A DNA stretch of 64,000 bases from Patescibacteria group bacterium UBA2105 (GTDB lineage: Bacteria > Patescibacteriota > Minisyncoccia > Phycocordibacterales > UBA2100): positions 29,689-93,688 of the forward strand of contig DCYR01000007.1 in the NCBI GenBank assembly GCA_002331495.1, written 5' to 3'. Position numbers and translations under genes: made by a program. This document shows, in pieces, positions 9,782-19,294 of the stretch. The stretch's first letter is position 1, and the number at the start of each line of letters is the position of its first letter. The notes under the pieces are model-generated. The model saw only the letters and a list, made by a program, of their open reading frames with translations, made no database searches and was not told the origin of the DNA.

Positions 9782-11677
9782 CTACTTGTTCTTGTCGTTC
9801 TCGTCAAACTCTGCGTCACGTGTCTTTTCGTCGTCGCCTTTGGTCTCCCCCTCGGACTCAGGCGTTTTTTCTTGTGCGGCTTTTGCCATAGCTTCGCCAA
9901 TAGCACTTATGGCAGTACTGAGAGATTCTGAGGCGCTTGTGATAGCTGCTACGTCGTCCCCGTCACGAGCTTTCTTCAAGGCTTCTACTTTCTCCTGTAT
10001 GTCCTTGGTGATTCCCTCATCTACTTTGTCACCATGCTCTTTCAGAGCCTTCTCTGCTGAGTACACAAGTTGCTCGGAAGCATTTTTAGCCTCAATGAGC
10101 TCTTTTTTCTTTTTATCCTCATCTGCATGCGATTCGGCATCTGCCTTCATTTTCTCGACTTCCTCCTCGGAAAGCCCCGACGATCCTTCAATTTTGATTG
10201 ACTGTTCTTTACCCGTACCTTTGTCGAGCGCCTTTACGTTAAGGATTCCGTTTGCATCAATATCAAACGAAACTTCGATTTGCGGTGTGCCCCGTGGCGC
10301 AGGCGCGATGCCATCGAGAACAAATCTCCCGAGAGTCTTATTGTCGGCCGCCATTTCACGCTCCCCTTGTGTTACCACAATCTCTACCGACGGCTGGTTG
10401 TCTGCCGCCGTTGAGAATATTTGAGATTTGCTCGTAGGGATTGTTGTGTTTCGTTCGATAAGCTTTGTGGCGATGCCACCCATAGTCTCGATTCCTAACG
10501 ACAGAGGTATGACATCGAGAAGCAGTACGTCTTTCACGTCACCTTGCATGATTCCGGCTTGTATTGCAGCACCGAGCGCCACGACTTCATCTGGGTTAAT
10601 AGATTTGTTTGGCTCCTTTCCGAAAAGGTCTCTCACCTTTTTTACAATAAGTGGCATTCGTGTCTGTCCCCCAACTAGGATGACCTCATCGATGTCACTT
10701 AGCTCGAACGGACTTGCTTCAACAGTTCGCTTCGTGATCTCAAGTGCACGGTCCACATACTCGCTCGCGAGCTCCTCTAGAGTTGCCTGAGTGAGTTTAA
10801 GGAGAAGATGCTTGGGGCCGCTATCGTCTGAAGTAATAAAGGGGATATTTATCTCGGACTCCTTCGCAGTTGAGAGTTCTATTTTTGCCTTCTCGGCTGC
10901 TTCATCCAGTCGTTGTAGAGCCAAGGGATCACCACTTATATCTATGCCAGAATCTTTTTTGAACTGCGTAATAATCCAGCTGATTATCTTCTGGTCAATA
11001 TCGCGTCCTCCCATATGAGAGTCCCCATCGGTTGCCTTTACTTCTATGACCTCGTCACCTACTTCAAGAACCGAAACATCAAATGTACCGCCACCAAAGT
11101 CAAACACCACAATCTGTTCGTCTTTTTTCTTGTTAAATCCGTATGCAAGAGCTGCAGCAGTAGGTTCATTTATAATTCGCTTTACGTCCAATCCCGCAAT
11201 TTTGCCCGCGTCCTTAGTGGCTTTTCTCTGCGTGTCATCAAAATATGCAGGTACAGTTATAACCGCTTCTGTTACTTTTTCTCCCAGGCTTTCCTCTGCA
11301 TCTCTTTTTAATTTTTGCAGTATCATTGCAGATATTTCCTCCGGGCGATAATTTTTGTCAGCAAGGGTAATGAGCACTCCCTTGTCGGCTCCTTCGCTCA
11401 AAGTATAGGGAACTATGTCCTTATCTTTTTGCACGGAATTGTCTGAAAATTTGTGCCCCACAAAGCGCTTTACACCAAAGATGGTATTTTTAGGATTGGT
11501 CACCGCCTGTCGCTTGGCCAGGGTTCCAACCAAACGCTCTCCGGTCTTCGAGATACCAACTATAGAAGGAGTCGTGCGCGCTCCCTCGGCGTTTTCAATA
11601 ATTTTTGGTTCCCCTCCCTCCACCGCGGCCATGGCGGAGTTGGTTGTCCCTAAGTCGATTCCTAAAATTTTAGACAT
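9782..11677 (-). CDS. dnaK: Chaperone DnaK (Hsp70)
   Basis: [18 protein letters not shown] and the rest of the Hsp70 signature; 631 aa. Confidence 0.95.
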   Translation of the reverse strand: MSKILGIDLGTTNSAMAAVEGGEPKIIENAEGARTTPSIVGISKTGERLVGTLAKRQAVTNPKNTIFGVKRFVGHKFSDNSVQKDKDIVPYTLSEGADKGVLITLADKNYRPEEISAMILQKLKRDAEESLGEKVTEAVITVPAYFDDTQRKATKDAGKIAGLDVKRIINEPTAAALAYGFNKKKDEQIVVFDFGGGTFDVSVLEVGDEVIEVKATDGDSHMGGRDIDQKIISWIITQFKKDSGIDISGDPLALQRLDEAAEKAKIELSTAKESEINIPFITSDDSGPKHLLLKLTQATLEELASEYVDRALEITKRTVEASPFELSDIDEVILVGGQTRMPLIVKKVRDLFGKEPNKSINPDEVVALGAAIQAGIMQGDVKDVLLLDVIPLSLGIETMGGIATKLIERNTTIPTSKSQIFSTAADNQPSVEIVVTQGEREMAADNKTLGRFVLDGIAPAPRGTPQIEVSFDIDANGILNVKALDKGTGKEQSIKIEGSSGLSEEEVEKMKADAESHADEDKKKKELIEAKNASEQLVYSAEKALKEHGDKVDEGITKDIQEKVEALKKARDGDDVAAITSASESLSTAISAIGEAMAKAAQEKTPESEGETKGDDEKTRDAEFDENDKNK

Positions 11678-11708
11678 AATGCATATACATTTATAGCTGA
11701 ATAATTCT

Positions 11709-12050
11709 CTATTCGATCACTCCCTCAAAACCTCTTCGCAGGGCAACATCGCGCAAATATGCAGAGACACTCGAGTATCCGGCTTTACGAGCGTTCTGCT
11801 CAATGGCCCCCTTCTCTTCGTCTGTTACCCGAAAGCGCAGTATCTCAGTTTGGGCAACACTCTGGAGAAGACCGTAATTTTCGCGAATGATTTGAGGCAG
11901 TTGTGAAAGAATACGAGGTATTTCATCATTCGGAAATCTCTCCTCGATATTTGCGCTCTTGCAGATGAGAGTGGTGACTTTTCGGGCGGGCTGTAGCGTG
12001 TAACCATGGCGACGATTTCCTATCACAATATAATGTTTCCGGACAGACAT
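11709..12050 (-). CDS. Small protein with C-terminal ribbon-helix-helix (CopG/MobC-like) DNA-binding domain
   Basis: The C-terminus ([40 protein letters not shown]) fits the RHH beta-alpha-alpha pattern. The gene lies between grpE and dnaK. Confidence 0.5.
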   Translation of the reverse strand: MSVRKHYIVIGNRRHGYTLQPARKVTTLICKSANIEERFPNDEIPRILSQLPQIIRENYGLLQSVAQTEILRFRVTDEEKGAIEQNARKAGYSSVSAYLRDVALRRGFEGVIE

Positions 12051-12053
12051 GTG

Positions 12054-12066
12054 GCTACATTGTAGC
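12054..12066 (-). promoter_or_regulatory. Palindrome GCTACA-T-TGTAGC overlapping a predicted -10 (TACAAT) just upstream of the RHH gene; -35-like TTGCGA 16 nt further upstream
   Basis: Seen directly on the minus strand: TTGCGA-N16-TACAAT-N8-ATG. The palindrome spans the -10. Confidence 0.4.
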
Positions 12067-12113
12067 TACAAGCGATACGATCGCAATATTGACACGAGGG
12101 TGCAATTACTGTT

Positions 12114-12632
12114 CTAACTATATACAATTACTTGCGCTGCACGGATTATGGTGTCGCCAATTTTGTACCCTCGACGTTCAACTCGAGCAATCGTCCCGCT
12201 TTCTTTGCCCCCCTTCTCGTACCCGACAGCTTCATGCTCTTTGGGGTCAAATGTACTACCAGCCTCGCCGTAGACATGCACGCCGTAGTCCTCCAGGCTA
12301 GCAAGCAGTTGCGAATACACCTGCTCGACACCTGTACGCCAGTCTTCGTCAACATTTCGCCAGGCCTTGCCCCTCATGGCTATATCAAAGCTGTCTAGCG
12401 CAGGAAGCAGTCCTTGCAACAGGTCGGCAACGGCTCGGCTTTTCGCTTCAGCCAAGGTCGCGGCGTAGTGCTTTTTTGCGTTGAGTGCATCCGCTTTCTG
12501 GCGCTGCCAGCCGTCCAAGTATTCTTTCTTTTCCTGCTCGCACTTTTTAAGCTTGGTACGGAGCTTTTTGACCAGGTCTGCGCCCTTGTCTTCCTCGTAT
12601 ACAATATCGTCCAAATTTTCGTTTGAGTCCAT
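12114..12632 (-). CDS. grpE: Nucleotide exchange factor GrpE
   Basis: Coiled-coil N-terminus and GrpE C-terminal pattern (DPKEHEAVG...GYKIGDTIIRAAQV). Confidence 0.85.
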   Translation of the reverse strand: MDSNENLDDIVYEEDKGADLVKKLRTKLKKCEQEKKEYLDGWQRQKADALNAKKHYAATLAEAKSRAVADLLQGLLPALDSFDIAMRGKAWRNVDEDWRTGVEQVYSQLLASLEDYGVHVYGEAGSTFDPKEHEAVGYEKGGKESGTIARVERRGYKIGDTIIRAAQVIVYS

Positions 12633-12682
12633 ACCGCGGATTGATTATAGTATGCGCAAAAACGCCCTCAGGAGGCGCGTTG

Positions 12683-13075
12683 CTATCGTTTACTCCACTG
12701 CGGAGCGCGACGTGCCGAACGAAGTCCAAATTTCTTTCGCTCTTTCATGCGCGGATCTCGTTTAAGATACCCTGCTGCTTTCAATTCCTTTCGTTGCGTT
12801 TGGTCGTTTTTTACCAAAGCCCGAGCGATCCCGTGACGAACGGCCTCAGCTTGGGCCGGTACTCCTCCCCCTGTTACTTTCGCACTCACCTTAAATGCTC
12901 CACCTGTGGTAGCGAGGGCGTCTTTCACTACTTTTTGCAGTTCGGCAGTCGAAAAGTACTCATCCACCTTTTTTTCATTTATCGAGTAGGTTGTTTTTTT
13001 TGCAGGGGTAATTCGCACCCGAGCGGTTGCCGTCTTGCGACGTCCCACTGCTTCAATATATTTTTCTTCAGCCAT
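12683..13075 (-). CDS. rpsI: 30S ribosomal protein S9
   Basis: GRRKTATARV ... C-terminal ...KR. Confidence 0.9.
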   Translation of the reverse strand: MAEEKYIEAVGRRKTATARVRITPAKKTTYSINEKKVDEYFSTAELQKVVKDALATTGGAFKVSAKVTGGGVPAQAEAVRHGIARALVKNDQTQRKELKAAGYLKRDPRMKERKKFGLRSARRAPQWSKR

Positions 13076-13079
13076 ATTT

Positions 13080-13433
13080 TTACTTAATTATCAAATTTTT
13101 CATCCGGTTTTTTCTGAGACGATTTGCCGGCAACATGTTGTAGACGGCTTTTTTAAGCGCCTCGCTCACGCCTTTCTTAGCAATAAGTTCTCCTAATGAT
13201 TCCTCTTTTCGTCCTCCGTGGAATCCTGAGTAGCGGTCGTAAATCTTTGTTGCACGTTTCTTCTCGGAAATATTTAGGTCGTTAACGTTCTCTACGACAA
13301 CAGACACGTTAGACACAGTGTTTTTTGAAAAATCCGTTCTGTCTTTGCCGAGCAGAACATATGCGACTTGAGAAGCTACACGACCAAGTCGTTTGCCTCC
13401 GGCATCTACTATATGTGTACGTTTTTCAGTCAT
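13080..13433 (-). CDS. rplM: 50S ribosomal protein L13
   Basis: MTEKRTHIVDAGGKRLGRVASQVA...; start moved to the internal Met to avoid overlap with rplQ. Confidence 0.85.
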   Translation of the reverse strand: MTEKRTHIVDAGGKRLGRVASQVAYVLLGKDRTDFSKNTVSNVSVVVENVNDLNISEKKRATKIYDRYSGFHGGRKEESLGELIAKKGVSEALKKAVYNMLPANRLRKNRMKNLIIK

Positions 13434-13434
13434 G

Positions 13435-13797
13435 CTATACGAATTCGATAATCGTCTTATCACGCCTTACGTCCTCGAAGGTTCCTAGCTTACTGATGCG
13501 TGTGTATCCTCCAGGGCGATGCTTATAGCGCGGAGCGATAACCTCGTGAAGCTTTTTTGAAACCTCGGCATCGTTACCTAGTCGAGACGCAATAAGGCGT
13601 CGCGACGCAAGTGTATCTTTTTTAGCCAAAGTTACGAGCTTCTCAATTTGCGGGCGAAGTTCTTTAGCTTTTGCGATAGTGGTTTCTATGCGCTCATGAA
13701 GAACCAAACTACGCACCAAGCTGCGCAAAAGACCGGTGCGCACCTTCCGCACCCGCCCTAACTTCCGCTGTGTTTTATGGTGTCTCATAAACGTCAC
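13435..13797 (-). CDS. rplQ: 50S ribosomal protein L17
   Basis: MRHHKTQRKLGR... signature. Confidence 0.9.
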   Translation of the reverse strand: MTFMRHHKTQRKLGRVRKVRTGLLRSLVRSLVLHERIETTIAKAKELRPQIEKLVTLAKKDTLASRRLIASRLGNDAEVSKKLHEVIAPRYKHRPGGYTRISKLGTFEDVRRDKTIIEFV

Positions 13798-13811
13798 TAC
13801 CCTACCATAGT

Positions 13812-14786
13812 TTAATTGCGAAGTGTAATTCCCAGGTTAGACAATGATCGTTTGATCTCCTGGAGCCCTTTTTGCCCGAGCCCCTCGATTGCAAGGATGT
13901 CCTCCTCACGCTTCCGTGCGAGACCGCCTACCGTCCGAATACCCGACTCATCAAGCGCAGCCTCCACGCGAGCGGACAGCTCAAGTTCGCTGATCCTCGT
14001 TTTAAACGCTTCCTTATCCGCGTCTTTCTTTGCTGCATCCTCCTCCTGTGGCTTTGTTATGTGTGTTGGTTCTCCCTTGGGTTCAACGGCAGTTTCTTCC
14101 TGAAAGCCGATAACTGCTTTAAGCTGGTGAATCATTATCTCAATAGAGTCTTCGAGAGCTTCACGTGGGGTAATAGTTCCATCGGTTTCGACAAAAATAC
14201 GAAGGCGGTTGAAATCTGTGCGGTCGCCTACTCGCATGTTTTCGACTTCGTAATTTACCCGTCGAATTGGCGAAAAAACCGCATCGAGTGCAATCGTGCC
14301 GATGTCTACACGCTCTCTTTGTAACGCTTCCTTAGCCACGTATCCCAAGCCCCGCTCCACAGTCATGTTCATGTCAAAAGTACCCTTGCCCGAAACTTCG
14401 GCTATATGTTGATCGGGGTTAAGTATTTGAACTTGTCCTGGGGCTTCGATATCTGCGGCGGTCACAGTTTTGGGTCCTTTTACATTTAGTCTAATCTCCT
14501 GTGGTTCGTCGGTAAGCATTTTTATACGCACCTTTTTCAAGTTCAAAAGCAGCATAACGGTATCTTCCACTACCCCCTCGATAGTTGAGAACTCATGCGA
14601 CACCCCGTCGATCTTTATATTGGTAATGGCGGCACCGGGTAGTGATGAAAGAATAATGCGGCGAAGAGAATTTCCGAGAGTATGCCCATACCCAGGATAT
14701 AAACCGTCAATCTCATATGTTCCTGCAAACTCTTTTTCAGATATAATGCGGGGCTTTGATGGAACTGTGACTTGATGATCTGACAT
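13812..14786 (-). CDS. rpoA: DNA-directed RNA polymerase alpha subunit
   Basis: N-terminal dimerisation domain and a C-terminal domain with helix-hairpin-helix (ISELELSARV...GLGQKGLQEI). Confidence 0.9.
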   Translation of the reverse strand: MSDHQVTVPSKPRIISEKEFAGTYEIDGLYPGYGHTLGNSLRRIILSSLPGAAITNIKIDGVSHEFSTIEGVVEDTVMLLLNLKKVRIKMLTDEPQEIRLNVKGPKTVTAADIEAPGQVQILNPDQHIAEVSGKGTFDMNMTVERGLGYVAKEALQRERVDIGTIALDAVFSPIRRVNYEVENMRVGDRTDFNRLRIFVETDGTITPREALEDSIEIMIHQLKAVIGFQEETAVEPKGEPTHITKPQEEDAAKKDADKEAFKTRISELELSARVEAALDESGIRTVGGLARKREEDILAIEGLGQKGLQEIKRSLSNLGITLRN

Positions 14787-14833
14787 ACGAATAGTCTTAA
14801 GATTAGAAGGTGATAAATAACTATTAATGACTT

Positions 14834-15436
14834 TTAACGGCTATAGAATTCAAATACGGCCGACAAATCAAAAACGGTATCTCTGGCAACAAATTCAGGC
14901 GTGGCCTTCACGCTTGCGGTAAGCTTTTTTGCGTCTGTTGAGAGCCATTTCGGAGCCGTGTGGGTTGAGATGATATCCATGTTTGCAACAAACAAAGGCT
15001 TGTTTGTACTCCCCCCCCGTACCGCAATTGCATCGCCCTTCTTCACGGCGTGTGAGGGTACTGTCATCTTTTTTCCATTTATCTGTATGTGTCCGTGGCT
15101 GACCATTTGGCGAGCTGCTCGTCGTGTTGGTGCAAAACCGAGGCGATATATAGTATTATCAAGGCGAGTTTCTAGCTTCTTGAAAAGTTCTGTAGCCGGG
15201 TTCTTGGCTCCAAGTGCGTCCGCTACGTACTTGCGAAGCTGCTTTTCGGTAATGCCATATGCATAGCGCACCTTTTGCTTTTCAAGTAACTGACGACCGA
15301 AGTCGCTCAAATTACGTCGCCTTCCAAACGACTTTTTGACACGAGCTTCTGAAAGGGCGAACTTTTGTGTTTGACACTTTTCGTAGACGCCATTTCCCAA
15401 ACGCTTGCAAATTTTGTATTTTGGTTTCGTTAGCAT
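14834..15436 (-). CDS. rpsD: 30S ribosomal protein S4
   Basis: KICKRLG...RLDN..YR.G.A.TR.AR.Q.V.HGHI. Confidence 0.9.
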   Translation of the reverse strand: MLTKPKYKICKRLGNGVYEKCQTQKFALSEARVKKSFGRRRNLSDFGRQLLEKQKVRYAYGITEKQLRKYVADALGAKNPATELFKKLETRLDNTIYRLGFAPTRRAARQMVSHGHIQINGKKMTVPSHAVKKGDAIAVRGGSTNKPLFVANMDIISTHTAPKWLSTDAKKLTASVKATPEFVARDTVFDLSAVFEFYSR

Positions 15437-15450
15437 AAAACAGTGACTTA

Positions 15451-15885
15451 TTACACGCGTCGTGAACGGCGTTGGCGAGGTCCATTGAAAGGTACTGGTG
15501 TCTTGTCCGCTATACTTGAAACATCTATGCCCTTTCCTGCAAATGCTCGTAATGCAGACTCGCGACCTGCGCCGACTCCCTTGATAACAGCGTCAACCGA
15601 CTGAACTCCCATCATTTGTGCTTTTTCGGCTATGAGCTCACCCACCTTTGCTGCGGCAAACGGAGTCCCCTTCTTAGCTCCGGCAAATCCGAGACCGCCA
15701 GATGATGACCATGTTACGGTGTTTCCCTCAGTGTCTGAGAGGAGAACTTTCGTGTTGTTGTACGTAGCGTGAATGTGTAAAACCCCGGTTTGCATCTTCC
15801 TTTTTGGTGCGCGACTCAAGGCGCGAGATTTGAGTCCCTTGTTTACACTGCCTCCAGACTTTTTAACGATTCTTTTTTTCCCCAT
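15451..15885 (-). CDS. rpsK: 30S ribosomal protein S11
   Basis: HIHATYNNT...SSGGLGF...PHNGCRPPKRRRV-type C-terminus. Confidence 0.9.
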   Translation of the reverse strand: MGKKRIVKKSGGSVNKGLKSRALSRAPKRKMQTGVLHIHATYNNTKVLLSDTEGNTVTWSSSGGLGFAGAKKGTPFAAAKVGELIAEKAQMMGVQSVDAVIKGVGAGRESALRAFAGKGIDVSSIADKTPVPFNGPRQRRSRRV

Positions 15886-15886
15886 A

Positions 15887-16267
15887 CTACTTCTTCTCTA
15901 CTTTACGACGACCGCTGGTCATAGTTTTCCGGACGTTCCCACGCACACTTCGAGAATTTGTTTTCGTGCGTTGTCCGCGAGCAGGTAAACTACGCGAATG
16001 GCGATCACCCCGGTAGCTCCGTATATCCTTCAAGCGCTTGATGTTGCTACGTATTTCGCGTCGCAACTCTCCTTCGATTCTATATTCCGCTACTAATTTG
16101 CCTAGCAATCCCTCCTCTTCACTTGATAGATCTACAGGTTTCTTACCAGGATCCACCTTTGCGTTCGATAATATTTTTTTTGCCCGAACACGGCCAATAC
16201 CATACACAGCGGTGAGACCTATTTCGAGCCGCTTAGAATCAGGGATTGTGATACCAGCTATACGCAT
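15887..16267 (-). CDS. rpsM: 30S ribosomal protein S13
   Basis: MRIAGITIP...YRGDRHSRSLPARGQRTKTN. Confidence 0.9.
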   Translation of the reverse strand: MRIAGITIPDSKRLEIGLTAVYGIGRVRAKKILSNAKVDPGKKPVDLSSEEEGLLGKLVAEYRIEGELRREIRSNIKRLKDIRSYRGDRHSRSLPARGQRTKTNSRSVRGNVRKTMTSGRRKVEKK

Positions 16268-16282
16268 ATTTATCCAAATTAA

Positions 16283-16396
16283 TTAGCCTTGCCGTTGTTT
16301 ATGGCGGGGATTGCTACACACGACAAACAGACGTCCGCGGCGGCGCACGCTCTTACACTCCTTACATTGCCTCTTGATTGAACTTCTTACCTTCAT
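16283..16396 (-). CDS. rpmJ: 50S ribosomal protein L36
   Basis: Manual translation: [37 protein letters not shown] (37 aa). Below the ORF-track size cut-off. Confidence 0.85.
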   Translation of the reverse strand: MKVRSSIKRQCKECKSVRRRGRLFVVCSNPRHKQRQG

Positions 16397-16419
16397 GCAT
16401 GTAGGAAAAGTGTGCATGT

Positions 16420-16629
16420 TTACACACGCCTGATAATTCGTCCCTTACCTCCATAAGGGTCGATCTTAACTTGCACAGTGTCGCCTAGTAGAACTTTAAT
16501 TCTATGCAGTCGCATCTTGCCAGCAAGGTAGGTAATCATTTCCTCGCCACTTTCAAGCTGAACGCGAAAAAGCGCATTCGGCAGCGCCTCAATTACGACT
16601 CCTTCCACGGAATCGCTACCTCCTTTCAT
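16420..16629 (-). CDS. infA: Translation initiation factor IF-1
   Basis: [69 protein letters not shown] (internal Met of the longer ORF). Confidence 0.9.
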   Translation of the reverse strand: MKGGSDSVEGVVIEALPNALFRVQLESGEEMITYLAGKMRLHRIKVLLGDTVQVKIDPYGGKGRIIRRV

Positions 16630-16699
16630 GTCTTCACTCACAGTGCGGGGACATCGTACCAGAATGTATTGGTATTGACAAGCGCTCTGTGGACAAAAA

Positions 16700-18037
16700 T
16701 TAACTTTCGGGAACGACTTCAACCGATATCCCGCCTGTCTCAGATGGAAACTCGCTCTTCCAGAAGGGTCGAATTGTAGCCTGGGCACTTTTTATGCCAG
16801 GATACCCGCTCATAACAGTATTGAGAGCGCCGCTGTTCTTTCCCACAAGGTCTTGTTTTAGGCCTTCTATGTCGACCTGCCACGTAAGAGTTGACCGTCC
16901 CTCAAGAGTAAACTGTATTAACGCATCGTCAACGATATCGACTCCGTCCTTGTTTACAATCTTCATGGTCAGGTTCTCGGGATTGTCAATCAAAATGTCT
17001 CCGTCTTCGGGGTTGGCTAAAGCAGCGGTTGCGAGCATGCGCGCTAATTCATTCTTTTCAAATGCTACCGCATTTATTCGTGCAACTTCTCGCACTGTGG
17101 CGGTATCGTTTCCGGAGTACGTGACCTGCATCGACTCAAATGTTGTGAATATTCCACCAGCGAACACTTCAGTTGTTTCAGAGGCCTGCTCGGCTACCGC
17201 AGATTCAACTTGATCGCGTAGTTGGGATCGTAACTGTGTACGGACAGCATTAAGAATATCTTCATCTACAATAGCGCGCTCGCCAACAAAACCTCCCGTT
17301 ATTGGTTCTTTAAGTTCCGCATAAAATGTATCGTATCGAGGGTCTCCTTTCAGCCCAGGGATAGTGAACCTAGTGCCAACATCGGATATGTTCTGATCTT
17401 CACCAGGTTTGTCAGCATAGACAGTAATTTCAATCGAACCTGGCGTATCTCCACTCATGCCAGGAACTACAAATGAATTGCGTACTCTATAGATCTCGCC
17501 ATTAGGAGCTTCAAATCGAGTATTTTTGATAAGCCGTTGAGGTGCTGGCCCGTGATTATTGTATACCACAATACGACCCGAGGCCTTTTCCTCGACCGTT
17601 TCGCGTCCGGTCGCAGCAATATTGTCGGTTGATTCAATTGTGTACGTTAGTAGGGTATACGAAAGCTCTCCCTCCTCAGCATCCCGATAAGCCGTGTACA
17701 CAACGTTCGCAGAAAGGTTTACCTCTTCTTGTTGCGGCACTATGGTGATAGTTGTTTTTCCGATAAATACAAATCCAACGGCGGAAAATGCCACAACAAG
17801 TACCAAAATTGCGATAGCCCAGACAGCAAACTTTCCATTGGATGTCTTCCTGTTTCTATTGTCTATACCTACTGCATTAGCAAGAGTGCGCCGCTCTGCC
17901 CGCCTTGCGCGCCGGGTCTGTCGCTCCTGTGTGGTTACCGGGGTGACATCTCTTATAGAATGTCCGCCACTTGGCACCTCCTTGGAGTCCTCCTCGCCTT
18001 CGGGTGGCTTTATATCGTCAAACATTGTTCGTCCCAT
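16700..18037 (-). CDS. Hypothetical bitopic membrane protein (disordered basic N-terminus, one TM, large extracytoplasmic domain)
   Basis: ORF with an internal Met start (MGRTMFDD...), TM helix FAVWAIAILVLVVAFSAVGFVFI. No recognisable family. Confidence 0.4.
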   Translation of the reverse strand: MGRTMFDDIKPPEGEEDSKEVPSGGHSIRDVTPVTTQERQTRRARRAERRTLANAVGIDNRNRKTSNGKFAVWAIAILVLVVAFSAVGFVFIGKTTITIVPQQEEVNLSANVVYTAYRDAEEGELSYTLLTYTIESTDNIAATGRETVEEKASGRIVVYNNHGPAPQRLIKNTRFEAPNGEIYRVRNSFVVPGMSGDTPGSIEITVYADKPGEDQNISDVGTRFTIPGLKGDPRYDTFYAELKEPITGGFVGERAIVDEDILNAVRTQLRSQLRDQVESAVAEQASETTEVFAGGIFTTFESMQVTYSGNDTATVREVARINAVAFEKNELARMLATAALANPEDGDILIDNPENLTMKIVNKDGVDIVDDALIQFTLEGRSTLTWQVDIEGLKQDLVGKNSGALNTVMSGYPGIKSAQATIRPFWKSEFPSETGGISVEVVPES

Positions 18038-18086
18038 GTAATGTAGTATACCAGGAAAAAATAAAATATACGCCCCTGTGCGTGTG

Positions 18087-19238
18087 CTATTTATCCACAA
18101 AGAGAACTCCAAGAGAAAGCATTGAATCCTTCTTCGCATTCTCCTTAAAAATAAGCTCTCGGCCAGTTCTCTGGGTGCTCAGAGATTTAGTTTCTAGAGG
18201 TTTGCCAGTGACAGTAAATTGACCAAAGTCTAAACGTTCAATGGCTTTTGCGAACCAAGGTTTGTATCGCTTATCGATGGAAATAAACGTAGTTGTAGGT
18301 ATGCGCCTGATGCGGCTTAATTCGGAACAAGCGTCGCCGAAAGTCTTAATCCATTCCTGTTCACTGTCTTGTAGCAGCTTCTCTATTTTTCGACATTGTG
18401 CCGGAGTGCAGCTGTTGTTTATGTACATAGTTAGCTCAGATACAGCGCTTAGTCGACTCATCTCGTCGCCTTTGGCTATGGTGCGAACGAGATATTCGGT
18501 CCCAAAATTCACCCAGGAGCTTCCTTCAACTGCTTCATTTCGCACTATGCTTATTGATGTGTATTCGCCCCCCACATCCACGATGGTATATGCATCGTGT
18601 TCCTCTGGCGACTTATTCAGTTGCATTGCAGCGAATAGAAATGCATCAATGTGAACGGAGTGGTTTGGCAATACGTCCGCAAGTGCACCTTGTATTGCAG
18701 TATGAATCACTTCAGACATACTACTTTTAAGCACAGTGACGGCTATGGACTCTGCTCGCTTCTTATACGGTTTTGTGGTCGCATAGCCGTTGAGCTCTAT
18801 TTTCATGACATGCCTGTCGAATTCTATGCGGCCTTTGGTTGCTGTGACCGGCAGCTGCTGAGCAATAAATTGCTGTAAGACCTCCTTGGTAATCATTGTT
18901 TCTGCATCAAGTGTGCTCTCAGCTCGGTCTGACCGTGAGTCTGCCCATGGAGTATGCACTATTGCACGCACGTCATACTTGCCCCGCACTCCCTCAAGGC
19001 GTCCCAGCGCTTCAATAGCCTCCTTCCCGGCTGCCTTGATTGCAGCTCCGACATACGATCCTAGTGCCGCGGCGTCTTGCTCATCACCAAAAGCGATGGG
19101 CTCTCGATGCGTAAAGAGGACATCGATGGTTCCTTCGCGATACCGGGCAATGGCGACACCCACTGAAGCACTTCCGATATCAAAAACGAGAACGTGCAAT
19201 GCTTTCGAAAAGCCTGGGAGTAATGAAAGAACGTTCAT
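18087..19238 (-). CDS. ASKHA-superfamily ATPase (Ppx/GppA- or FtsA/PilM-like actin fold)
   Basis: Phosphate-1 (VFDIGSASVGVAI) and phosphate-2 (DVGGEYTSISIV) motifs. Confidence 0.4.
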   Translation of the reverse strand: MNVLSLLPGFSKALHVLVFDIGSASVGVAIARYREGTIDVLFTHREPIAFGDEQDAAALGSYVGAAIKAAGKEAIEALGRLEGVRGKYDVRAIVHTPWADSRSDRAESTLDAETMITKEVLQQFIAQQLPVTATKGRIEFDRHVMKIELNGYATTKPYKKRAESIAVTVLKSSMSEVIHTAIQGALADVLPNHSVHIDAFLFAAMQLNKSPEEHDAYTIVDVGGEYTSISIVRNEAVEGSSWVNFGTEYLVRTIAKGDEMSRLSAVSELTMYINNSCTPAQCRKIEKLLQDSEQEWIKTFGDACSELSRIRRIPTTTFISIDKRYKPWFAKAIERLDFGQFTVTGKPLETKSLSTQRTGRELIFKENAKKDSMLSLGVLFVDK

Positions 19239-19294
19239 TGCGATTAGTATAGCAATGAAATAGGCGAACGAAACACATAAGTTGTGTATGCATG

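Noticed and set aside
12633-12682. Search for a CIRCE/HrcA operator upstream of grpE and dnaK
   Set aside because: No TTAGCACTC-N9-GAGTGCTAA-like inverted repeat is present. Only a weak 4-bp hairpin after rpsI and a TATAAT box are seen upstream of grpE.
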